From positions 124,001-188,000 of IMG/VR virus record IMGVR_UViG_3300044712_000810: a stretch of 64,000 bases of DNA. One strand, given 5' to 3'. Within the stretch, counting starts at the first letter, position 1. The number at the start of each line of letters is the position of its first letter. Below the pieces are notes generated by a model. The model saw only the letters and a program-made list of their open reading frames with translations. It was not told where the DNA came from and did no database searches. Made by a program: the position numbers and the translations under genes. Below are positions 39,891 through 47,354 of the stretch, one piece after another.

Positions 39891-39990
39891 TAACCTAACT
39901 TGGTTCAATCTCAAATTCAAATTCAAATTATTGGCCAACAAGCTGAAAGGCTTAAAAGAAACTATTTCAAAATTGGTTCGACCGACCATC

Positions 39991-40087
39991 GCTCAGGCGC
40001 GGGTTCAAATCCCGTGGGGACCTCCAAAATGCTGGGAGTTTATATTCCTAGTATTCTGGGTCCCCTAGTTCAGTGGTAGAACGGAGT
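39991..40087 (+). ncRNA. Permuted tRNA-like module 2
   Basis: GCTC-AGGC-GCGGG TTCAAAT CCCGT-GGGGACC-T-CCA-(32 nt hairpin)-GGTCCCC-TA-GTTC AGTGGTA GAAC-G-GAGT. Confidence 0.85.
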
Positions 40088-40160
40088 CATTAAACTTACT
40101 TCGGAAGAACGCAATACTGAAATGTTTTGCCAAATATCTCAAAGATATTACCCAACAATA

Positions 40161-40198
40161 GGGGGTCGCGCAGGGTAGCGCGGCCTCCACCATTTTTT
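40161..40198 (+). terminator. Terminator hairpin that doubles as a tRNA-Ala-like minihelix
   Basis: GGGGGTCGCGC-AGGGTA-GCGCGGCCTCC-ACCA-TTTTTT. Confidence 0.75.
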
Positions 40199-40242
40199 AT
40201 TTATCCAAGTTTCATATAGAAATATAACCTGTAGGAGGGACT

Positions 40243-40455
40243 ATGGACACATCAAAATTTAAGATTTCGTACATGATCAACGGCCTTCCGGTTTACGATG
40301 TTAGATCTGGTGAAACACATGAGTTGTGGAAAACTGGTCGTAACTGTAAGAATATTGGGCTTACTGAAAGTGAAGCCCACAACGTATTAGATCAACAATT
40401 TAAAGGAATTTCATCCGAACAATTCGACGAGTTCTGGGAAGGTTACCACAACTAG
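40243..40455 (+). CDS. Hypothetical protein
   Basis: Promoter + AGGAGG. Confidence 0.65.
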   Translation: MDTSKFKISYMINGLPVYDVRSGETHELWKTGRNCKNIGLTESEAHNVLDQQFKGISSEQFDEFWEGYHN

Positions 40456-40464
40456 GAGACGTTC

Positions 40465-40749
40465 ATGCGCTGGGAAAAAACAGGACACATGTCTGAACAA
40501 CTTCGAATTACACCAACAATGGTGGTTGAAGTTTTTCAAGGTACTGTTCAATGCAGTTCCGCAACATGGGTTGGAGTAAAATTCTGCGATAAATTAATTA
40601 AAGATGGCGGAACATTCGAAGAAGCCAAAAGATTCGCAGAAGCGTGGATTAAACATGAAATTGCCAGAGCTGTAGAATCCGTTAAAATAATGGAAGCCCC
40701 TGGAGAACATATACCTGTTGTAAATGTTCTCTATCGGCCAGAAGATTAA
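40465..40749 (+). CDS. Hypothetical protein
   Basis: GGAG RBS; terminator follows. Confidence 0.65.
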   Translation: MRWEKTGHMSEQLRITPTMVVEVFQGTVQCSSATWVGVKFCDKLIKDGGTFEEAKRFAEAWIKHEIARAVESVKIMEAPGEHIPVVNVLYRPED

Positions 40750-40771
40750 CAGTGGGGGCGAGAGCCCCCAT

Positions 40772-41692
40772 TTACTTTATTTTTGCTTCATTTCTATTAA
40801 AACTTTGTAATTCAGTTCTTGATACTTCCATTGCTTTAAGACCTAATACTGATAAACTCTTAACCGGTATAAATCCGCCTGATATTTTATTTGGTGCCAA
40901 GTCAATATTGACTCGACCTGGAACACGTTTATGTGCTATTGAATACTTCTTAAGCATATCAGGAGTATTAATCATATACATTAATTTGTCTTTAATTTCA
41001 TTTATTCTCATTTGTTTCTTAAACAGAATTTGAATATGAAATCCAGTTTTACCAGTGAATACAATACGTGCAGATTCAACATCCGAATACTTTATTACAT
41101 AATCATAAATATCTTCGGCTGCTTTCTTATTATTTTCAAAGTTATCACTATCAATGTCCAAAAGTCCAAACCATTCACGTTCACCCATTTCACAATGAAT
41201 ACTTAGGGTTCGGCCGGAGATCTTATTTTCGTAGTTTGAACTGTTAAGTTTTATATATCCTGATGGTGATTCAGAATCTTTTCGTTTAACAATTGTTGAA
41301 TTCAATTCAGGAACTATAAAAAATATTAAGTTTCTATTATTGGTTTCATCAATTATTTCTTTTTTGTGTTTCATATAATAATCATGAACATCTTTTTGAG
41401 TCAAACCAGATGGATAAAATTCATTTTTAACTATTACAGTATCTGGATTTTCTAATTGTTTTGTTTGTGGTAATATTTCTTGTATTCTTCCTACTTGCCC
41501 ATCTTCTAATCTTACTTTAATACCACGTGTATGTTGTGATTTGCTTGTGAGAATATCTTTAACTATGCCGGTTGTTAATTTACCTGTAGGTTGATCTTTC
41601 TTTAATACTATATTTACTTTAATACCAGGCTTAATATTCGCTCTATAAAAATTATCGCTTTCGAACATGTTTGTCATACATAGTGAAAACAT
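40772..41692 (-). CDS. YwbE-like domain fused to LigD-type primase-polymerase (AEP) domain
   Basis: N-term IKPGIKVNIVLKKDQPTGKLTTGIVKDILT..HTRGIKVRLEDGQVGRIQEI; C-term LTQKDVHDYY, LLDIDSD, FTGKTGFHIQI. Confidence 0.8.
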   Translation of the reverse strand: MFSLCMTNMFESDNFYRANIKPGIKVNIVLKKDQPTGKLTTGIVKDILTSKSQHTRGIKVRLEDGQVGRIQEILPQTKQLENPDTVIVKNEFYPSGLTQKDVHDYYMKHKKEIIDETNNRNLIFFIVPELNSTIVKRKDSESPSGYIKLNSSNYENKISGRTLSIHCEMGEREWFGLLDIDSDNFENNKKAAEDIYDYVIKYSDVESARIVFTGKTGFHIQILFKKQMRINEIKDKLMYMINTPDMLKKYSIAHKRVPGRVNIDLAPNKISGGFIPVKSLSVLGLKAMEVSRTELQSFNRNEAKIK

Positions 41693-41943
41693 TGAATATT
41701 CTCCATTTTGATATAGAAATTTTATTTATGAAGGAGGTAAAATTGTGCAACAAAAACTAGGGGTGGTGCCCTATGTTAGTTGAACGTTTTTACGCGGGAG
41801 AGAAATCAGTGAGTAAATGTTGGATTCTAATATTTGTCATTTTGGCACTGATCTCATTTCAAGATGCATGGTTATTGAAACTTATATTCCATTAACGCCA
41901 TATTAAAAATATATTACGGAGATGCATGGGCGTCTCCGTTTAT

Positions 41944-42171
41944 TTATATGTTTCCACACATTCTTTTAAATGTGTCACATTCGGCTTTACTTAAGAAACA
42001 ACACGGTGTTGACATGAACCATTTTCGACCAGGACAATAAAATTTATTTAAATATGGGAAATTACAACATTCTGTTATTAACTTTATTTTTTTATTTCCA
42101 AAGATAATATGTTCATTCGTCTCTTGTATTTCCCACAACATATGAATTCGTCCTAAGTATTTTATACACAC
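41944..42171 (-). CDS. Small Cys-rich protein
   Basis: ORF with several Cys; coupled to upstream gene. Confidence 0.45.
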   Translation of the reverse strand: MCIKYLGRIHMLWEIQETNEHIIFGNKKIKLITECCNFPYLNKFYCPGRKWFMSTPCCFLSKAECDTFKRMCGNI

Positions 42172-42313
42172 GTTTAGTTCTTAATAAAGCGGCTCTCTCA
42201 ATTTTTTCTTCATCCCAATCTGGATGTTCTTCTGAAACTTTTTTATGTATTTTATTAAATAAAGTTTCAAAGATTTCTTTTTCGGTTATTTTATCTTCCA
42301 TAATAACCTCCAT
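42113..42313 (-). CDS. Hypothetical protein
   Basis: GGAGG RBS. Confidence 0.55.
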   Translation of the reverse strand: MEVIMEDKITEKEIFETLFNKIHKKVSEEHPDWDEEKIERAALLRTKRVYKILRTNSYVVGNTRDE

Positions 42314-42387
42314 ATATAATGTTATATTTTAATAATTTGGTTATTTATATAGAAATAGTCAATTAAAACAGTCCAAGGAGGACGTTA

Positions 42388-42567
42388 TGATTCATACGTT
42401 AATTGATAATATTGAAAAGGCATTCGCATCAATTCCAACCGCAGCAGCCGATAAAGATTTATTGGATGACTATGAACTTTTACTTGATATGCAAATTGGT
42501 ATCGTTGAAAAAGACGATATTGTTATTTATGCAATAAAGGAAAAGTTCCATGCCAATTACAATTAAT
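42388..42567 (+). CDS. 59-aa protein
   Basis: Promoter at 42346, AGGAGG RBS, MIHTLIDNIEKAF... Confidence 0.55.
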
Positions 42568-42942
42568 GCCAAATTTAAACCTGGTCAAAAAGTAAGAATT
42601 AATCTTGGTGAAGATGGATCTTTTGTTGCAACCATTGATGGTGTAGCAATAAACAAAGATCGTATATTCTATTGCGTATCTGCCGGTGGCATACGATTAT
42701 ATACAATTGAAGAAAAAGTCATTGAAGATCTTTATTTTGGTGACAATAATAAAATGATAAGTCAGATCTTCGAGCACATTGCATTTGATTGGACATTTGA
42801 CGATGTTCCCCGTATAATGGGTAAAGAAAATATTGATATTGCCCAACGCTTATATGAATTTCAAGATATTATGACAGTTCGTGAGTTAACAGAAGAAGAA
42901 CAACATGAACTTAATAGATTATATTTGGAATACGCTTGTTAA
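42550..42942 (+). CDS. Hypothetical protein
   Basis: SH3-like N-terminus KFKPGQKVRI; helical C-terminus. Confidence 0.65.
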   Translation: MPITINAKFKPGQKVRINLGEDGSFVATIDGVAINKDRIFYCVSAGGIRLYTIEEKVIEDLYFGDNNKMISQIFEHIAFDWTFDDVPRIMGKENIDIAQRLYEFQDIMTVRELTEEEQHELNRLYLEYAC

Positions 42943-43270
42943 TGATTGGTCATTTTTTGTAATATATTTTATAGTAAGTATAATTGCAAGAATTATAGGA
43001 TCATTTGTATTTGAATTTAACACATCATTATATAATTTGCGTAAATTTTTAATGAATATTAAATGTATCATCAATCCACAATTTAAAGAAATGGTTGATT
43101 TAGTTGAAACTATTCTTAAATTTATACGTAATTATGAATATCATGATGATAATGATAAAAGGTCAATACATTATAAAGTCCGACAAATACGATATGATTT
43201 ACTAGCATATCGAGAATATACTGAAGAAGATAAATTATTTCTTCAGAAACTACTACTGGAGTTGCTATGA
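42905..43270 (+). CDS. Membrane protein ending LQKLLLELL
   Basis: TM segment + shared C-terminal motif. Confidence 0.6.
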   Translation: MNLIDYIWNTLVNDWSFFVIYFIVSIIARIIGSFVFEFNTSLYNLRKFLMNIKCIINPQFKEMVDLVETILKFIRNYEYHDDNDKRSIHYKVRQIRYDLLAYREYTEEDKLFLQKLLLELL

Positions 43271-43473
43271 AAAAAATCAAAAGACTTAATAGTAATGCAA
43301 ATAGAAAAGAATTATCTTCAATTTTAGATTTATTTAATATCTCTATTGTTAGATATATGACGATCGATGATCTTCGTGAATTACGTAGACTTGATCATGT
43401 TGTAAATAAATTTAAATTTGTATCGTATATAAATGTAATAGCAGGACAAAAACTTCTTACGAGATGTTTATGA
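43267..43473 (+). CDS. Small protein, QKL-tail family
   Basis: ATGA coupling; ends GQKLLTRCL. Confidence 0.6.
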   Translation: MKKIKRLNSNANRKELSSILDLFNISIVRYMTIDDLRELRRLDHVVNKFKFVSYINVIAGQKLLTRCL

Positions 43474-43667
43474 CAATATTCTTTAATCCTGAAGATGATA
43501 AAGAAATATATTCACAAGTTGTTGGATTGTTATATCCAATGTTATATTATCGTGATCATATGACGGATGAAGATTCTCAAATGTGTTATGATTTAGCTGC
43601 TCATCGTTGGTTACAAACTGAAGAAGATTTGTTAACCGCCCAAAAGTTGGTTATAAAGTATATATGA
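43464..43667 (+). CDS. Small protein, QKL-tail family
   Basis: Ends AQKLVIKYI. Confidence 0.6.
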   Translation: MFMTIFFNPEDDKEIYSQVVGLLYPMLYYRDHMTDEDSQMCYDLAAHRWLQTEEDLLTAQKLVIKYI

Positions 43668-43834
43668 CTAGACGAGAACAATTTCGGGCACTTATATTTG
43701 AAATAGAGAAAATAAAATCAACATTGTCTACTGAAGATCAAATTTGGTTTAATCGATTTCGGTGGACAAGACGCCATCGACTTCTCAATTCACATTTAGT
43801 TAAACTCCAAAAATTACTTATAAAGTATATATGA
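43664..43834 (+). CDS. 56-aa protein, QKL-tail family (not in ORF track)
   Basis: MTRREQFRAL...LQKLLIKYI; ATGA overlaps at both ends. Confidence 0.65.
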   Translation: MTRREQFRALIFEIEKIKSTLSTEDQIWFNRFRWTRRHRLLNSHLVKLQKLLIKYI

Positions 43835-44025
43835 CAAACCGAGAACAGCTTCGAGTATTAAGAGATGAATTATATAAGATATATAAACAAATGGATGATA
43901 AAGATAAAAATACTTTTGATGATCTTGATCGGTTATTTCCATATATATGGTTAACTGGTCAACTTCCTAAAGTTAGAAAAGAACATATAATCAAAGCTCA
44001 AAAAATACTTATAAAGCATATTTAG
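43831..44025 (+). CDS. Small protein, QKL-tail family
   Basis: MTNREQLRVL...AQKILIKHI. Confidence 0.65.
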   Translation: MTNREQLRVLRDELYKIYKQMDDKDKNTFDDLDRLFPYIWLTGQLPKVRKEHIIKAQKILIKHI

Positions 44026-44380
44026 TTAGTATTTCATCAACTTTGTTAATATCTTTAATATTAATTTCAAGAAGCGCAATGTTGTTATTAAGACAATAAG
44101 CGCGCTTAATTTCATCACGCATTTTAGTAGTTTCATGAACTCGTTTAGCCTTTGCATATTTGTTAACAGGTTTAAAATGGTGTTGTCCTTGAAATTCGAT
44201 AAGTAGATTCTTTTCTGGAATATAGAAATCGAATCTTAATGGATTACCATTTTCACTTAATAAATCTGGAAATGTTTTCTCTTTAGTATATTCAATATTA
44301 TTCAATTCAAGAAAACATCCGACTGCAAATTCGCCTTTACTAGCACGTTTACCGTTTAAGAAATATCGTTTCTTACGCAT
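44009..44380 (-). CDS. PD-(D/E)XK (DUF559/Vsr-like) nuclease
   Basis: LRFDFYIPEKNLLIEFQGQHHF...D..K...C..NNIALLEI. Confidence 0.8.
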   Translation of the reverse strand: MRKKRYFLNGKRASKGEFAVGCFLELNNIEYTKEKTFPDLLSENGNPLRFDFYIPEKNLLIEFQGQHHFKPVNKYAKAKRVHETTKMRDEIKRAYCLNNNIALLEINIKDINKVDEILTKYAL

Positions 44381-44399
44381 TGTTACTCCTGGAGGATTA

Positions 44400-44648
44400 A
44401 TGACACAATATGATATATTGGTTGGTCATTGTCAAGACATATATAAACTATATATAATTCATTGTAAACATTTACAAAAGTTAAGTAAGAATCCAGATAA
44501 TTTCATTCCACCCGATTATATACTTAAATATTTATTACGGGCATTATTACTCGTAAGTAATAAAACATTATCAGATTATACCCAAAGAATTAATTTCGCA
44601 ATTAAAACTAAGATAGAACTTCAAAAAATAGTGATACCAGAGTTATGA
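44400..44648 (+). CDS. Small protein ending ELQKIVIPEL
   Basis: GGAGG RBS. Confidence 0.6.
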   Translation: MTQYDILVGHCQDIYKLYIIHCKHLQKLSKNPDNFIPPDYILKYLLRALLLVSNKTLSDYTQRINFAIKTKIELQKIVIPEL

Positions 44649-44902
44649 ATATAAGCGATCACATGATAAATGCATTCAGATTAACATTTGCTACATATTT
44701 ACAACTATGGTCATCATGTGAAGAAATCGTTTATAAAGATATTAATGATCATTGTGAATTGATATTAGATTATCAATCACCAGATGAATTCAAACGCCAA
44801 TATTTAGTTCAATGTAAAAATGATGTTGATGTTCAATTATTAATAAATGATATACAACATGAATTGCAAAAAATACAAAAATTTGCAATAATAAAACTAT
44901 GA
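44645..44902 (+). CDS. Small protein ending LQKIQKFAIIKL
   Basis: ATGA coupling. Confidence 0.6.
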   Translation: MNISDHMINAFRLTFATYLQLWSSCEEIVYKDINDHCELILDYQSPDEFKRQYLVQCKNDVDVQLLINDIQHELQKIQKFAIIKL

Positions 44903-44933
44903 GTTGGGGAGGATATACCTCCCCAATTTTTTA

Positions 44934-45218
44934 TTATAAACCTAATCTTCTTTTAACTAATTCATTTGTCATTTCACGTGCTGTGCCTGATTTAACTGGT
45001 GGAATTTCACGGACATTACGCGGTGTTCCATCTTCATGTGTTGTGACTGCCTTTTCAGAACCTCCGGGCATTCCAACTAATTTACTTAAATCGCCCGATA
45101 CTCTTTCTGTACCATCAAACTTGTCTTTAGCAGCTTTTGCCGCATTTTTAAGTACTCCACCAACAGTACCCATAGTGTCATCATCAATTTGTTCGATGAT
45201 TTTGATAATACTTAACAT
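44934..45218 (-). CDS. Small protein with MLSIIKIIEQ leader
   Basis: Isolated minus-strand gene between terminator and promoter motif. Confidence 0.65.
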   Translation of the reverse strand: MLSIIKIIEQIDDDTMGTVGGVLKNAAKAAKDKFDGTERVSGDLSKLVGMPGGSEKAVTTHEDGTPRNVREIPPVKSGTAREMTNELVKRRLGL

Positions 45219-45302
45219 GACATCCCCATTTTAATATTTAAAGGTTTAATATAGAAATATACAAACACAGCAGTTGTTAAACTTATAAAGAAAGGAGACA
45301 AA

Positions 45303-45497
45303 ATGACACTCGACGAAGCAATCGAGAAAGTGTCAAACAGAATCGAATTTAACAAGGCAAGAGGATACGATTGTGTACTCATATGGCATCCAGAAATTCC
45401 ATATGAACATAAAGCGAATATTATTAACCATTTTACAACTATGGGTATCACTTGTCTTGGTGGACCCAATAGCGTTAAGTTCATTTGGGAGGTCTAA
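45303..45497 (+). CDS. Hypothetical protein
   Basis: Promoter + AGGAG. Confidence 0.6.
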   Translation: MTLDEAIEKVSNRIEFNKARGYDCVLIWHPEIPYEHKANIINHFTTMGITCLGGPNSVKFIWEV

Positions 45498-45791
45498 ATG
45501 CCACTTATGGTAGTCCCACAAACAATGGGAACAATTTCATCTGACAATGTCAATTTGTTGCATCATAATATTATATTGATTGGAAGATCAACCAGAGCAA
45601 AGTATGTTTTGGCCGGAGATCTTGACAATTCTATAATCAATATGATTCGACTCAGTGACATGTATTGTTTTAAAAAAATAAACAAAAAAGATTTGAATGT
45701 CGAATTGTGTGAAATGAATATTGATTATGAAATCTATGTTACTCGCAAGTTCAATGATGATCTTGTTGAATTTATTATGGAAAACTACTGA
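45498..45791 (+). CDS. Hypothetical protein
   Basis: GGAGG RBS. Confidence 0.6.
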   Translation: MPLMVVPQTMGTISSDNVNLLHHNIILIGRSTRAKYVLAGDLDNSIINMIRLSDMYCFKKINKKDLNVELCEMNIDYEIYVTRKFNDDLVEFIMENY

Positions 45792-45840
45792 TCAAACAAT
45801 GTCGACTTGTTTGATTTAAACTAATCTCCGGAAATTAGTA

Positions 45841-45867
45841 AGTGGGGGAAGATATACTTCCCCCACT
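45841..45867. terminator. Bidirectional terminator
   Basis: AGTGGGGGAAG-ATATA-CTTCCCCCACT. Confidence 0.75.
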
Positions 45868-45878
45868 CATTTTTATTG

Positions 45879-46550
45879 TTACAATATTTGATTTAATAAA
45901 TCTGCCCAGATTTTATATCCATCAGGATTCAAGTGAACACCTTCAAGTGATAATTCGGGTTTAAGTTCCCAACCATTTGTTAATATATTAATATACTGAA
46001 TCAATTTAATTCTATCACCATGAATAGTACTTAAATTGTTTTGAATAGTGGCTAAACCATTATTAATAATAGCTAACCATTCAGGAGTACGTCCACCAAT
46101 CATTGTTGGCACTAATGAATTACAAACTGGTAAGATTTGATTTAGTATTACACGACAATTTGGAATATTTAAGAATACGTTTGTAATATTTGTTATTTCA
46201 GGAAGTATTGCATTAATACTTGCTCTTGAATTCCATCCTAAGTTATTAGAACCAATACTCATAATTACTGTACTTGGTTGTAAAGCAACGAAGTATGGCA
46301 TAAGATCTACTACGCCATTTGTTAAGTCGCCTCCAATACCACGATTAATGGTAGGAACTTTTAGAAACTTTGCATTATCAGTTGGTCCTCCCCAAAGTTC
46401 TGCATGTGAATCACCAATTATAATAACACCATTCTGTGGAACGGATTCATTTGCAAATTGCACTTTGAGTTGATTATGGTGATCTGAAAGAGGAGGCATA
46501 CCAACATTTTTACCTTTACCGATATTTAAAGTAACTGATGAAAGATCCAT
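45879..46550 (-). CDS. SGNH/GDSL hydrolase
   Basis: IIIGDSHAE, INRGIGGD, SIGSNN, EGVHLNPDGY; start reassigned to ATG 46550. Confidence 0.85.
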   Translation of the reverse strand: MDLSSVTLNIGKGKNVGMPPLSDHHNQLKVQFANESVPQNGVIIIGDSHAELWGGPTDNAKFLKVPTINRGIGGDLTNGVVDLMPYFVALQPSTVIMSIGSNNLGWNSRASINAILPEITNITNVFLNIPNCRVILNQILPVCNSLVPTMIGGRTPEWLAIINNGLATIQNNLSTIHGDRIKLIQYINILTNGWELKPELSLEGVHLNPDGYKIWADLLNQIL

Positions 46551-46619
46551 AAATAACTCCTTTAAAATTTTTACTTTTAAACATTTAATATAGAAATATA
46601 AACATAACAAGGAGGCAAC

Positions 46620-46934
46620 ATGTGGACACAAAACGTTACAGTTGATTTTATAAGTAATAGACTTGTAAAAACAACTATTGAAACAGTTGAGGCACAACCT
46701 ACTGAAGTTAACTTTTCAGCAGCGTTGACTAACATGACAGATGTGTGTATTGAAACTACATCTGATCAAAAGTTTATAAAAGCTATCGACAATGGCAAAT
46801 ACGTCATTGTCGATTCACACGGCATCGTGTTGGACAGTGGTGATCATAAATCCACGTTGGAATATCTTGAAACAGCACGTAAAGATCCAACAACGACGAC
46901 GATTACCTTTTGTACAAGATTGCCAAATCACTAA
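46620..46934 (+). CDS. Hypothetical protein
   Basis: Promoter + AGGAGG. Confidence 0.65.
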   Translation: MWTQNVTVDFISNRLVKTTIETVEAQPTEVNFSAALTNMTDVCIETTSDQKFIKAIDNGKYVIVDSHGIVLDSGDHKSTLEYLETARKDPTTTTITFCTRLPNH

Positions 46935-47021
46935 AAACCATTCTACTATCGTAGTATAAGGTTTTTAAAAGTGACCGAAAGTCCCAAAGGGGATTAACAA
47001 AAATACGAATGGAGGACGAAA

Positions 47022-47354
47022 GTGAACAAGACTTTTCGTATGGTTTTGATCGCAATTGGCATAGTTATCGCACAGTTAACTGTGATCGTCGGGTCATATC
47101 AAATGGGTTCCGCAATGCGGCATCAGTTGATATATAATGAGGCCGTCGATTACGATGATTGGCGTACACAACATGCTGTGTCTTTCATCAATATCGCACT
47201 TAAAGATTTTCCTCAGCTTGCTTGTGTATTTAAAGATAAACAAGCAATAACATACCCATCGATTATTGAGTTTTATAAGGCTCTTGAAAAAGAACGTTTG
47301 TTGATGGTTGATAAAAAGATTAAAGACCTTAACTGTAATCAAGGAGGCAACTGA
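47022..47354 (+). CDS. Membrane-anchored protein, paralog of next gene
   Basis: TM; FPQLACVF...ITYPSIIEFYKAL. Confidence 0.65.
   Translation: MNKTFRMVLIAIGIVIAQLTVIVGSYQMGSAMRHQLIYNEAVDYDDWRTQHAVSFINIALKDFPQLACVFKDKQAITYPSIIEFYKALEKERLLMVDKKIKDLNCNQGGN

Larger units (their letters stand above)
39756..40198 (+). ncRNA. Structured RNA with two circularly permuted tRNA-like modules and a terminal Ala-minihelix
   Basis: Complete T-arm, acceptor and D-arm pairings in permuted order, twice; long flanking stems; GAAA and UUCG tetraloops. Confidence 0.8.

Noticed and set aside
39883-40068. 61-aa ORF MPLNLTWFNLKFKFK... from the track
   Set aside because: No clear RBS; it runs through the T-arm and acceptor of module 2; KFKFK merely reflects the TCAAAT repeat.
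39814-40087. Ordinary tRNA genes, or intron-containing tRNAs made by joining 5' half 1 with 3' half 2
   Set aside because: Acceptor strands pair only within each permuted module (CATCCGG with CCGGATG; GGTCCCC with GGGGACC). The cross combination does not pair, and no 7-nt anticodon loop exists.
39756-40198. Two-piece tmRNA
   Set aside because: Both modules have full D-stems, which tmRNA lacks; neither module has G3:U70; I saw no resume codon or tag frame ending in a hydrophobic degron. A CM search should still be run.
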